DNA of 64,000 bases from an uncultured Christensenellaceae bacterium (GTDB taxonomy: Bacteria > Bacillota > Clostridia > Christensenellales > CAG-1252). Shown piece by piece: positions 8,804-18,211 of the stretch (position 1 is its first letter; every line of letters begins with the position of its first letter). The translations under genes were made by a program, and so were the position numbers. The notes under the pieces are model-generated. The model worked only from the letters and a program-made list of their open reading frames with translations. It was not told the DNA's origin and searched no databases. The stretch spans positions 96,979-160,978 of the forward strand of contig CAYMNK010000005.1 of the NCBI GenBank assembly GCA_964391805.1. The letters run 5' to 3'.

Positions 8804-10176
8804 TTACAGTCGTTGGATTAGGATATGCCAAAAACGATTTGACCTTAGGTGCACTCGATGTTATCAAGCGTGCTCGTAAAGTTTACGTCCGTACTGCCTT
8901 GACTAAAGCAGGAAAAGCTCTTATGGAATTGCGAGATAATATAGTAGCATTCGATTATTTATACGAAAGTGCTACCGATTTTGACGAACTTAAAGCATCT
9001 ATCAAGGCGGAGCTTTTGTCCGATTCGGACTGCGTATTTTGTGTAGACGGTGCAGGCGGAGACGATCCGATCGTCGTGGAACTATCCAAAAGCGAAGATA
9101 TCAAAATCATAAGCGGTGTTTCCATTTCGTCCTTCGCACTAAGCATCTATCCCGATTGTTCGGTCGAGGTCAAGAATGCGTCCGATATTGTGAGTCGTAA
9201 ATTTATGCTTGCGTCCGATTCTACCCTTGTAATCAAGGAGATCGCCGATAAATACTTGGCATCCGAACTTAAACTAAAGTTGCTCGATGCATACGGTGAA
9301 ATTAAGTGTATATTGGTGTCTTCAGGTAAACAAAAAGAAATAGATGTAGTCGATCTCGATAGAGAAAAAAGATACGATTACTCAACCTTCGTTATATTGC
9401 CACATCAAGGCTTCTTGGATCGTAAACGTTATACCATATCTGACTTATATGAGATAGTATATGCATTAGTTGCACCCGATGGATGTCCTTGGGATAAGGT
9501 TCAAACACATAAGACCATTCGTGACTGTTGCTTAGAAGAAGCATACGAACTTGTCGAAGCGGTAGAAATGGATGATATCGATAAAATGGTTGAAGAATCG
9601 GGTGACGTATTGTTACAAGCCATCTTCCATTCAAATATAGCCGAACGTAGCGGAGAATATACCCTTAACGACGTTATCACAGGTATTTGTAAGAAACTTG
9701 TCGGTCGTCATTTACATATATTTGCGGGTGAAACTGCATCCAATCCCGAAGAAGCCTTGGCTGTTTGGGAGAAAGCTAAGGCTATGGAAAAATCACAAAA
9801 AACATACAGTGATAGAATGGAGCAAGTTGCATTAACCCTTCCTGCGTTAACTCGTGCAGGTAAAATACAAAAGATTTCCGAAAAAATGGGATTCACCCAA
9901 GATTCTACCGAATATTGGCTTGATAATATCAATGAGGAAATTCAAGAATTCCTCGAAAATAAAACGGAAGAGGAAGCAGGCGATATCTTATATGCCGTAG
10001 TTAGATTGATTCGCAGTTTCGGACTCAATCCAGAACTATCCTTGATGACCACTACTCGCAAAATGATAGGTCGCTTTGAAAAAATGGAAAAGGTAGCACT
10101 CGAGAGAGGACTCGATTTTAAATCAATGACTCGTGAAGAGGTTATTGCCCTATACGCTGAGGTAAAAAATGTTTAA
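8800..10176 (+). CDS. mazG: YabN-type fusion: tetrapyrrole-methylase-like N-domain plus MazG nucleoside-triphosphate pyrophosphohydrolase
   Basis: The start overlaps the upstream stop (ATGA). MazG-type motifs are CPWDKVQTHKTIRDCCLEEAYELVEA and a second EEAGDILYAVV repeat. Confidence 0.85.
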   Translation: MITVVGLGYAKNDLTLGALDVIKRARKVYVRTALTKAGKALMELRDNIVAFDYLYESATDFDELKASIKAELLSDSDCVFCVDGAGGDDPIVVELSKSEDIKIISGVSISSFALSIYPDCSVEVKNASDIVSRKFMLASDSTLVIKEIADKYLASELKLKLLDAYGEIKCILVSSGKQKEIDVVDLDREKRYDYSTFVILPHQGFLDRKRYTISDLYEIVYALVAPDGCPWDKVQTHKTIRDCCLEEAYELVEAVEMDDIDKMVEESGDVLLQAIFHSNIAERSGEYTLNDVITGICKKLVGRHLHIFAGETASNPEEALAVWEKAKAMEKSQKTYSDRMEQVALTLPALTRAGKIQKISEKMGFTQDSTEYWLDNINEEIQEFLENKTEEEAGDILYAVVRLIRSFGLNPELSLMTTTRKMIGRFEKMEKVALERGLDFKSMTREEVIALYAEVKNV

Positions 10177-11107
10177 AATAGGTTCGGTTGAACTCAGTTC
10201 CAATATTCTTTTAGCCCCTATGGCGGGAGTTAGCGATACCGGATTTAGGTATTTAGCGCGAAAATACGGAGCGGGACTTACATACACCGAAATGATTAGC
10301 GTAAAAGCATTGTGTTTCGGTAACAAAAGGACCTTTGAATTGTTGCGTTTGGCTCCTAATGAGACTCCATCGGCAGTTCAATTATTCGGTAGCGATCCCG
10401 AAGCTTTTTATAATGCGTGTAAGCTCGATGCTATACGCTCTTTTGATATTATAGATATTAATATGGGATGTCCGGTGCGTAAGGTTGTTTCGAGGGGCGA
10501 GGGTAGCGCTCTTATGAAAACTCCGTCGTTAGCGGAAGAAATCGTGCATGCTTGTATCGAAGGATCAGGCAAAACGGTAACTGTCAAACATCGTAGCGGT
10601 TTCGAAGAAGAAAATGCCCCCGAATTCGCAATGCTAATGGAAAAAGCAGGTGCATCGGCTATTACCATTCACGGACGTACAAGAGAACAAATGTATACAG
10701 GTTTTGCCGATAGAGGTGTCATCAAGAGAGTCAAAGAAGCAGTAACCGTGCCTGTATTCGGGAACGGAGATATCAAGTCGGCGGAAGACGTACATTCTAT
10801 GATGTCTGAAACAGGATGTGACGGTGTAATGATTGCTCGCGGTGCTATAGGTAATCCGTCCATTTTTGCAGATGTATTAGGTAACAACGTGAGCGTTGAT
10901 ATATATGCCGACATTCTCAAACACATTTCACTTCTTGAAGAAAACACCGCCGAACAGTCTATAGTCGGACTTATGAAATGCCACCTTATGGGATATGTCA
11001 AAGGGCATCCGGGTGCAAGAGATATTCGTTTTGCAGTAGGTACAGCCAAAACGATGCAAGACATTTTAGATATAGCCAAGCGGATTTCTCTCTGCGTCAA
11101 CGAATAA
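10169..11107 (+). CDS. dus: tRNA-dihydrouridine synthase
   Basis: LAPMAGVSDTGFR, DINMGCP, HGRTREQMY and ARGAIGNPSIF motifs. Confidence 0.88.
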   Translation: MFKIGSVELSSNILLAPMAGVSDTGFRYLARKYGAGLTYTEMISVKALCFGNKRTFELLRLAPNETPSAVQLFGSDPEAFYNACKLDAIRSFDIIDINMGCPVRKVVSRGEGSALMKTPSLAEEIVHACIEGSGKTVTVKHRSGFEEENAPEFAMLMEKAGASAITIHGRTREQMYTGFADRGVIKRVKEAVTVPVFGNGDIKSAEDVHSMMSETGCDGVMIARGAIGNPSIFADVLGNNVSVDIYADILKHISLLEENTAEQSIVGLMKCHLMGYVKGHPGARDIRFAVGTAKTMQDILDIAKRISLCVNE

Positions 11108-11120
11108 TTATTCAATCAAT

Positions 11121-11212
11121 GCTATTCGTTACCGTCCAAGATACTGCAAGGTAAACCTTGCACTGCTACACAGTTCAACTGCGGACTTCGTCTTAGAATG
11201 ACATTTGATGGT
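11121..11212 (+). repeat. Intergenic mosaic repeat locus R3: a single forward unit
   Basis: cgttaccgtccaagatac + tgcaagg-taaa-ccttgca (11145-11162) + ctgctacacagttcaactgcggacttcgtcttagaatgacatttgatgg. Confidence 0.9.
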
Positions 11213-11218
11213 GCAGTA

Positions 11219-11263
11219 TAAAAAAAGTCGGACAATGAAACATTTTTCACTGTCCGTTTTTTA
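11219..11263. terminator. bidirectional rho-independent terminator shared by dus (+) and greA (-)
   Basis: The stem cggacaatg...cactgtccg has one mismatch and is flanked by an A7 run on the left and a T6 run on the right. Confidence 0.7.
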
Positions 11264-11292
11264 TAGAGACTTTTAAGTTCTATATTCAATTA

Positions 11293-11763
11293 TTATTTAT
11301 CGATTGCTAAAATCTTGTATTCGAAGTTGCCTGAGGGTGCGTGAACTGTGAATGTATCGCCGATACGCTTGCCGTTCATAGCTTCGCCAAGTTTAGATTT
11401 TAAACTGATTTTGCCTTCGTCAAGGTCTGCTTCTGCGGTATTAACAAGCGAATAGCATACCTCTTCTTCAAGATCGAAGTCGTAAAGCTTAACCTTACAT
11501 CCGATGGAAACTCTATCATTGGAAACACTTTCGTCATCCAATATTTCGCAATTATCGATTAAGCGTTGTAAGTCAGCGATTCTGCCTTCGATGATGCCTT
11601 GAGTTTCTTTAGCAGCAGAATACTCCGCATTTTCGCTCAAGTCGCCTTGTTCACGAGCAACTGCGATAGCTTGTACGATGTTAGGACGCTCAACTTTAAT
11701 GAGGTGATCGAGTTCATCGTTGATTTTTTGCCAACCTTCTCTGGTAATGATTTGTTTTGCCAT
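11293..11763 (-). CDS. greA: transcription elongation factor GreA
   Basis: Start set to MAKQIITREGWQKI (ATG 11763), preceded by GGAGG. DLSENAEYSAAKE is the GreA signature. Confidence 0.92.
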   Translation of the reverse strand: MAKQIITREGWQKINDELDHLIKVERPNIVQAIAVAREQGDLSENAEYSAAKETQGIIEGRIADLQRLIDNCEILDDESVSNDRVSIGCKVKLYDFDLEEEVCYSLVNTAEADLDEGKISLKSKLGEAMNGKRIGDTFTVHAPSGNFEYKILAIDK

Positions 11764-11792
11764 ATATCCTCCAAGGTGCAAGAATGCACAAT

Positions 11793-12824
11793 TTATTTTG
11801 TTATAATTACTTTTTCCAAGTTACGAGGGTTATCGGGATCGAGCCCTTTCTCGGATGAAACGAACATACTTAATAGATGTACCGCAACCGAGTAGGTGAA
11901 AGTCGCCGTAATAAAATCGGCTTCGGGCATTTTCACCGATTCTTCTGCATAATTGAGTACCTCTCTGGTATCGCTAAGAACATACAGGTTTGCACCTACA
12001 AGATTGGTCCTCACGGTAATATCGAGGTAGTTTTGCGCGCATTCGCCGTAAGGTGCCAACAATACCACGTTAACGCCCTCGTCGAGCATAGCAATTGGAC
12101 CATGCATAAAGTCGGTAATCGAATAGAATTGAGAAAAACTGTAACAAAGTTGATTAAATTTCAACGCCAATTCTTTACCTACGCCTTGCATTGTACCACG
12201 GCTTAAAACGATAAAGGAATTCTTATCCTTTAACGCATAAGACAACCTTCTAATGGAAGGAATGAGGTCGAGTACTTCTTGAACTTTCTCGGGCATATTA
12301 CGGATTTGTTCAAGATACAAGCTCTTACCGGATAGGGCGGCTGCAAGCATATACAAAACGGTAAGTTCGGCATAAAAAGTCTTAGTAGCGCCTAAAGCCG
12401 ATTCAACTCCGGCATTAAGGAATAAATGATATTTCGCCTTTTTAGCAAGAGGTGAAGACGCATCGTTGGTAATCGCAACGGTCAACGCATTATGCTTTTT
12501 AGCATTGTCCAATACGGCAAGGGTATCGATACTTCTTCCGCTTTGGCTGATAGCGATTACAAGGTGATTATCATAATTGACCTCGGCACCATACATCGTA
12601 GTAACCGAAGGGTGCGCCGTACCTACCGGGATACCTGCGATTATCTCGGTGATATACTTAAAGCATAGTCCGGCGTTATCGCTCGAGCCTCTCCCTATTA
12701 TAGTAATATTTTTTATTTGTCTTTCGGCAACGGCGGATGCGATCTTATCAACCAATTCGATATTGGCTTGATATGCGTCCGCAATAACCTTTGGACAGCA
12801 GGTTAATTCCTGTTGCATAATCAT
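11793..12824 (-). CDS. SIS-domain sugar-phosphate isomerase/aminotransferase-like protein (GlmS isomerase-domain / AgaS / FrlB family)
   Basis: Two SIS-type segments (IIGRGSSDNAG..., AISQSGRSIDT). There is no N-terminal glutaminase domain. Start placed at ATG 12824, 8 nt after GGAGG. Confidence 0.7.
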   Translation of the reverse strand: MIMQQELTCCPKVIADAYQANIELVDKIASAVAERQIKNITIIGRGSSDNAGLCFKYITEIIAGIPVGTAHPSVTTMYGAEVNYDNHLVIAISQSGRSIDTLAVLDNAKKHNALTVAITNDASSPLAKKAKYHLFLNAGVESALGATKTFYAELTVLYMLAAALSGKSLYLEQIRNMPEKVQEVLDLIPSIRRLSYALKDKNSFIVLSRGTMQGVGKELALKFNQLCYSFSQFYSITDFMHGPIAMLDEGVNVVLLAPYGECAQNYLDITVRTNLVGANLYVLSDTREVLNYAEESVKMPEADFITATFTYSVAVHLLSMFVSSEKGLDPDNPRNLEKVIITK

Positions 12825-12950
12825 AATAAATGCCTCCATAACTATAGGTGGTATCGTTTATTTATATGATAATTTTAAAACTAATTTAACCAAAAGTAAA
12901 ACAAATTCACCCGATAGCTTGAAAAAATAAAGAGAACTTAATAGATTTTA

Positions 12951-13691
12951 TTACCAAATCCGTATAACAACGTCCTCATTTTTGTCGTTTGTCAAATAAT
13001 AGCCTTTTGACACCTTATCGAATTCACTGAAAAGAATATTTCTAATAGCCTCTCCGACGTATTCGGCTTCTCTAAGCGTAACATACCGATTTTCCTCTAA
13101 GAAAGCCTTGACATCGTCTTCGCTCATATGCGCATTCATCGCTGTGTTACAAAATCCCACACTGATTGCCTTCACCGCAACATCGTACTCTTTGGCAAGT
13201 GCCTTAGTGAATCCGATCAATGCGGACTTAGATGCCGAATAAGCGACTTCACAACTCGCTCCCAATTCTCCCCACATGGATGTAATGTTTAATATTATGC
13301 CACCTTCCGAATTCATCCGATCAATAACCTGTTTAGTTGTGTTAAACGCACCATTAAGATTAACATCGATAACTCTGCGCCAATCGGCAGGGGTGGTATC
13401 ATAGAATGATTTGACTAACGAAATCCCGGCATTGTTTATTAATGCATCGATTCTTGGGAAGCACTTATAAATATATTCGAAAGCAGATACGCATTCGTCA
13501 TAGTCGGAAATATCTAACTTGACGGTAATTACGTAGAAACCCGCTTCAGCGAGTATATTAGCAACCTCGCTAACTCCCGCCGGATCAGAGTTATAGGTGA
13601 GGGCAAGTCCGCACTTTTCGTGATTTAAAAAAGAAAGAGCAAGAGCCTTGCCAATTCCTTTCGATGCTCCTGTAATAACGATGTACTTCAT
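12951..13691 (-). CDS. short-chain dehydrogenase/reductase (FabG-like)
   Basis: TGASKGIGKA cofactor motif, NNAG, and the YSASKSAL catalytic Tyr-x3-Lys. Confidence 0.85.
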   Translation of the reverse strand: MKYIVITGASKGIGKALALSFLNHEKCGLALTYNSDPAGVSEVANILAEAGFYVITVKLDISDYDECVSAFEYIYKCFPRIDALINNAGISLVKSFYDTTPADWRRVIDVNLNGAFNTTKQVIDRMNSEGGIILNITSMWGELGASCEVAYSASKSALIGFTKALAKEYDVAVKAISVGFCNTAMNAHMSEDDVKAFLEENRYVTLREAEYVGEAIRNILFSEFDKVSKGYYLTNDKNEDVVIRIW

Positions 13692-13745
13692 TAAGTCCTA
13701 TGAATTAAGAAAAATGTCAACCGTTAAACGGTCGACATCATTCAA

Positions 13746-13949
13746 CTATTCTTGTTCTTCGGTCTCTTCTACGAGCTCGTCAAGTGTGCAACCGAACACC
13801 TTAGCGATTCTGTAAAGAACGGGAACTGTAGGCATGCTGTGTCCTTCCTCTATTTGTGCAAGGTATTGTCTTGTAATGCCAACTTTAGCAGAAAGAGCAA
13901 CCTTGGTCATGCCGAGATTTTTACGATAAGATTTAACTAAAATTTTCAT
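13746..13949 (-). CDS. XRE-family helix-turn-helix transcriptional regulator (67 aa)
   Basis: The LGMTKVALSAKVGITRQYLAQIEEG motif is a Cro/C1-type HTH. Start placed at ATG 13949 after GGAG. Confidence 0.8.
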   Translation of the reverse strand: MKILVKSYRKNLGMTKVALSAKVGITRQYLAQIEEGHSMPTVPVLYRIAKVFGCTLDELVEETEEQE

Positions 13950-14123
13950 AAAATTACGCTCCATTGTTTGTTATAAATTTTCACCGTATCAAAATATTTT
14001 TTCAATACAGCATATAAATGATATATTTTTTAAAAAGAAAAGTCAACAATTTTTACATACTTTTGTATGCATTAGCACGTAAAAAATCGAAAATTTATTG
14101 TTAGTTAATAATACCTTAAAAAA

Positions 14124-15383
14124 CTACAGAATATCGAACGTTTGTTTTAATAATTTTTCAACTATGGTATCGTTTAACGTCTTTGATTCGCTTTCAATCA
14201 ATATACGAATTACAGGTTCCGTTCCCGAGCGTCTAACGAGCATTCTGCGGGTAGCATCGACATTTCTTTCGAAGCATTCAGATTCTTCTGTTGCTATTTT
14301 CCAGTTGCTTTCGCTAAACGGAACCGATATTTCGGATATATGGGTATGTAAATATTCCTCTTTACGTTTCGATAGCGGTATTGTTGAGGCAAGATTGATC
14401 AATATAACTGCAGTCTTCACTCCATCACCGGTATTAGAATCTATTATTACATGTCCCGACGGTTCTGCACCTAATGAACAATTATGCTTAATCATCTCAT
14501 CTACCAAAAATCTATCGCCGACTTGACTTCTTATCAGTTTGATTCTGTGTTTTGCAAGGCTCTTTTCAAGTGCCATAGACGAGAACACAGTTCCTGCTAT
14601 CGTTGTATTGATGAGTTTTCCGTTTTCCAAATACTCCTTGGCTAAAATGTAGAGTATCATATCGCCGTCAAGTATTTCATTTTCTTCATCGATACACATT
14701 ATCCTATCGCCGTCGCCGTCGAAAATAAATGCCAAATCTGCCTTTTTTTCTATTTTCTTCGCTTTTGCTTCATTAAGGAAAAATACACCGCATCCGTCAT
14801 TAATATCTCCTTTTGCTCCTATAATCTGTGTTGTTATCTTGGGATTGTTAAACACGAACGGCGCGGTTGTCGTCGTTGCGCCGTTAGCACAATCGAATAG
14901 CACAGATAGAGGTTTTTGCGGGCTGAGATGTTTGGATAATTCCTCAATATATAGCTTCCTTTCAATATCGGATCGAGGTGGCATCATTTCGTTTCTCATC
15001 GCGGGAGCGCTTTCAATTAGCTCTTCTATTCTGTATATAGTTTCGTCTCCGATTTTATATCCGTTTTTATCGAATACTTTTATTCCGTTATACTCCTTAG
15101 GGTTATGCGAAGCCGTGATCATTACGCCTGCATCATAGTGACCGTTTTTTACCGCTTGAGATAAAGCGGGAGTAGGCATAATGCCTGCAATCGTCACCGT
15201 AGCTCCGCCGTGTATCACTCCCGATGCCAATGATTTACGAAGAATAGGACTTGTACTCCTTGTATCTTCCGCTATTAGTATGTCGCTTGCAATCTTAGAT
15301 AACGCAAAGCCTGTTTTATATGCAATTTGTGTCAATTCTTCAGAATATAATCTTCTAATGCCGTCTGTTCCGAAATATTTCAT
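14124..15383 (-). CDS. glmM: phosphoglucosamine mutase-like phosphohexomutase (short, 419 aa)
   Basis: MKYFGTDGIR start, TASHNPKEYNGIK phosphoserine loop, FDGDGDR metal loop and GAEPSGH sugar loop. Confidence 0.75.
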   Translation of the reverse strand: MKYFGTDGIRRLYSEELTQIAYKTGFALSKIASDILIAEDTRSTSPILRKSLASGVIHGGATVTIAGIMPTPALSQAVKNGHYDAGVMITASHNPKEYNGIKVFDKNGYKIGDETIYRIEELIESAPAMRNEMMPPRSDIERKLYIEELSKHLSPQKPLSVLFDCANGATTTTAPFVFNNPKITTQIIGAKGDINDGCGVFFLNEAKAKKIEKKADLAFIFDGDGDRIMCIDEENEILDGDMILYILAKEYLENGKLINTTIAGTVFSSMALEKSLAKHRIKLIRSQVGDRFLVDEMIKHNCSLGAEPSGHVIIDSNTGDGVKTAVILINLASTIPLSKRKEEYLHTHISEISVPFSESNWKIATEESECFERNVDATRRMLVRRSGTEPVIRILIESESKTLNDTIVEKLLKQTFDIL

Positions 15384-15523
15384 ACTAACATACTATTCTC
15401 TTTTATTATAAATAATTCCATATTTATACTATCGTTTTTGCAAAAAACCATTCTTTTATTATTTTTTTTAGCCTCCAAATGAGGCAAAAATGATTAAAAA
15501 TCAAAAAGATGACCAAAAAAATG

Positions 15524-15552
15524 TTGACTAAAACAAATATATATTATATAAT
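15524..15552 (+). promoter_or_regulatory. sigma-A promoter for the rpmH operon
   Basis: TTGACT (15524-15529), 17-nt spacer, TATAAT (15547-15552). Confidence 0.7.
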
Positions 15553-15617
15553 CTAAGGGCTTGTGTTTAACACGAGAATTTTTTTAACGTAAAAATCTAT
15601 ATAAGCGAGGATATATT

Positions 15618-15758
15618 ATGGCAATGTTTAGAACATATCAACCCAAGAAGAGACACCGTTCAATGGTACACGGTTTCCGTCAAAGAATGTCCACCAAAGG
15701 TGGCAGAAACGTTTTAGCAAGAAGACGCGCTAAGGGCAGAAAGAAACTTTCCGCATAG
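15618..15758 (+). CDS. rpmH: 50S ribosomal protein L34 (46 aa; below the ORF-track cutoff)
   Basis: Hand translation gives [46 protein letters not shown], the canonical L34. It sits upstream of rnpA. Confidence 0.95.
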   Translation: MAMFRTYQPKKRHRSMVHGFRQRMSTKGGRNVLARRRAKGRKKLSA

Positions 15759-15765
15759 TAAGTCG

Positions 15766-16098
15766 ATGCAACGACAGTACCGTTTAACCAATCGACGCAG
15801 CTTCGACTATATCTACAAACACGGTAAGTGTTATAATGATAATTTGTTTACTCTCGTTTGTTTGGAAGGTAAATATCCATCATTCAGAGTAGGTTTTGTT
15901 ACGGGTAAAAAGGTCGGTAAAAGCGTTATTCGCAATAAGGTTCGCCGTAGAATGAGGGAAGCATTCCGTTGTTTCAAGGTTGAAGGATATAATTCCTATA
16001 TACTTGTGGCTCATTCTCGTGCGAGCGAAGCGACATTCGATGAGGTGAAGGAATCTGTCGGTATTTTATTATCAAAAGCCGGGAAGTTAGTTCAATGA
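15766..16098 (+). CDS. rnpA: ribonuclease P protein component
   Basis: Basic 110-aa protein with the KKVGKSVIRNKVRRRMREAF RNR motif, in rpmH-rnpA synteny. Confidence 0.92.
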   Translation: MQRQYRLTNRRSFDYIYKHGKCYNDNLFTLVCLEGKYPSFRVGFVTGKKVGKSVIRNKVRRRMREAFRCFKVEGYNSYILVAHSRASEATFDEVKESVGILLSKAGKLVQ

Positions 16099-16337
16099 AA
16101 GCACTTGCCAGGTTTTTGTTAAAATTTTATAAAAAGTATATTTCTAACGCAATCTCTGCGTCGTGTATTTATACTCCGACATGCTCGTCATATACCTATC
16201 AAGCGATAGAAAAGTACGGATTTTTCATCGGTTGCTTTAAGGGCGGACTGAGAATTTTGAGATGTAATCCGTTTGCTAAAGGCGGTTTTGATCCCGTTAG
16301 AGAGAATTATAGAGGAAAAGCAAAATGGTTAATTTAG
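16095..16337 (+). CDS. yidD: membrane protein insertion efficiency factor YidD
   Basis: The C...TPTCSSYTYQAIEKYG...LRILRCNPF motif family. It overlaps the rnpA stop. Confidence 0.9.
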   Translation: MKALARFLLKFYKKYISNAISASCIYTPTCSSYTYQAIEKYGFFIGCFKGGLRILRCNPFAKGGFDPVRENYRGKAKWLI

Positions 16338-17503
16338 AATTTTTATTTTCCCAAGCTCCCCAAATCACCAATTGGATCGGTAAACTTATTTATATGCTTT
16401 ACGAGGCAATCGGTAATTTCGGTTGGACGGTCGTAATCTTCACCTTATGTTTGAAGGTGATTGTTTCTCCCCTCGATATTTGGCAAAAGAAGGTTACGAG
16501 GAAAAATAATATTGCAATGAAGAGGATGGAAAAGCCCATGGCTCAACTCCGTGACGCATATCAGGACGATCCTCGTATGTTGCAAACCAAACAAATGGAA
16601 CTTTATAAGCAGTACGGCTATTCCACCTTTGGAGCATGCCTACCCAGTTTGGTGACGATGATTATATTCTTCGTTATTTTTCAAGGCTTCAACGCAACCT
16701 GTAAATACGAAAACCAAATGATGGTTTACGATCTTGCACAATCTTACGAATCACTCGTGGTCAATACTGGGCTTATTGACGGTAAAATACAAGATCTGTT
16801 TTTAGAAGAAAACAAGGATGCATACGATACACTTGTTCGCTACGGCGTAGACGTTGAGCAATATAGGGATCGTACCGAATTCACCGATGAAGAAGTCGAC
16901 GAGTTTATCGATTCCATCATGTTAGCCGCATACGATGCCAATTCTGTCACCGATAAAGGTGTTAAAAAATGGGAGTGGCTGTGGGTAGATAACGTATTTA
17001 TGGGTGATTCATGGCACGACACAGTACCTACACTTGAAACATACGTAGGTACCGGTTTGGGTAAGTTAAATTCATCCTTGCCCGATTGTAACTTTAGAGT
17101 TCGCGCAAAATATAATTCGAATATATATAACGCACTGTTAGCACCTGCTCAAGCGAAATATAATAAAACCAAAACTTTCGATATCAAGAATTGGAACGGC
17201 TATTTGATTCTTCCTCTTCTTTCTATCGCTTTATCAATTCTTTCCACAAAGCTTTTGCGTGCCGGTACGCCTAAGACACAGTCTTATGATGCTAACGGTA
17301 ACGCCATCGATACGGATAAGCAAATGAGAATGATGAATTGGTTTATGCCTATTATGATCGGTGTATTCAGTTTGTTCTACACGGCTGCGTTTACGATATA
17401 CATGTTCTTCAGTTCGTTGATAACGGTTATATTCAATTTAGTATATAATGCCGTTTCCAAGAAGAAGGACGCTGAAATGGAAGAAGGAATCATTAAGAGG
17501 TAA
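16325..17503 (+). CDS. yidC: YidC/Oxa1-family membrane insertase (long form, 392 aa)
   Basis: Synteny after yidD. The segments IVIFTLCLKVIVSPL, MELYKQYGYSTFGACLPSLV and the C-terminal TM helices match YidC. A roughly 150-aa insert separates the conserved parts. Confidence 0.85.
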   Translation: MVNLEFLFSQAPQITNWIGKLIYMLYEAIGNFGWTVVIFTLCLKVIVSPLDIWQKKVTRKNNIAMKRMEKPMAQLRDAYQDDPRMLQTKQMELYKQYGYSTFGACLPSLVTMIIFFVIFQGFNATCKYENQMMVYDLAQSYESLVVNTGLIDGKIQDLFLEENKDAYDTLVRYGVDVEQYRDRTEFTDEEVDEFIDSIMLAAYDANSVTDKGVKKWEWLWVDNVFMGDSWHDTVPTLETYVGTGLGKLNSSLPDCNFRVRAKYNSNIYNALLAPAQAKYNKTKTFDIKNWNGYLILPLLSIALSILSTKLLRAGTPKTQSYDANGNAIDTDKQMRMMNWFMPIMIGVFSLFYTAAFTIYMFFSSLITVIFNLVYNAVSKKKDAEMEEGIIKR

Positions 17504-17505
17504 CT

Positions 17506-18189
17506 ATGGTATCTATAGAAAAAGAAGGAAGGAATGTTGAAGTTGCCATATCCAACGGATTGGAACAACTCGGTGTTGAGAGAGAAGAAGTAATAATCGA
17601 AGTAATCAAGGAAGGCGGACTGTTTTCCAAGGCTAAGGTAAGATTGACCGTTAAGGCAACTCCTGCTGACGAACTTTGCGAATATGTCGAAGGTTTATTG
17701 AGATACATGGGTTTGGATTGCTCCTGTGTCGTAGTTGAAAAGGAAGGTACATTATACTGTGATATAAGCGGTAAAGATAGCCCAATTGCTATAGGATATC
17801 GCGGTGAAGTTTTATCGGCAATTCAGTATTTGGCTACCATTTATTTGAATAGAAACAATAAGAGTAATCTAAAACTTATCGTCGATGTCGAAGGTTATCG
17901 CGACCGTAGACGTCAAACCCTTATCCTTCTTGCTAAGAGATTGGCAGATAAGGCAATTGCGTCGGGTTCGGCGGTTGATCTCGAGCCGATGAATACAATT
18001 GATAGACGTTCTATTCACGAGGCATTGGCAGAAGACGATAGAGTTACCACAGAATCAAAGGGAGACGAACCTAATCGTTATGTAAGTATCGTCCCCAAAG
18101 AAAAGGAAATTTCCTACGGAACGAGTAACAGTTTCAAAAAGTCGGGATTTAAAACCCGTTCGTTCGGACAAAAGAAAAAAAGATTTTAA
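17506..18189 (+). CDS. jag: Jag/KhpB RNA-binding protein (Jag_N, KH, R3H)
   Basis: Synteny after yidC. The R3H-like segment is LEPMNTIDRRSIHEAL. Confidence 0.88.
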   Translation: MVSIEKEGRNVEVAISNGLEQLGVEREEVIIEVIKEGGLFSKAKVRLTVKATPADELCEYVEGLLRYMGLDCSCVVVEKEGTLYCDISGKDSPIAIGYRGEVLSAIQYLATIYLNRNNKSNLKLIVDVEGYRDRRRQTLILLAKRLADKAIASGSAVDLEPMNTIDRRSIHEALAEDDRVTTESKGDEPNRYVSIVPKEKEISYGTSNSFKKSGFKTRSFGQKKKRF

Positions 18190-18211
18190 TTATTAATATA
18201 AGAGGCTGTCG

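Noticed and set aside
13746-13949. Could the small XRE regulator be the antitoxin of a toxin-antitoxin pair or part of a defence locus?
   Set aside because: No small partner ORF overlaps or abuts it. Its neighbours are an SDR gene (55 nt away, same strand) and a glmM-like gene. Nothing suggests a toxin.
15384-15617. Is the AT-rich region upstream of rpmH the replication origin (oriC)?
   Set aside because: No DnaA-box consensus (TTATCCACA or its complement) is visible and dnaA is not adjacent. It was kept only as a low-interest observation.
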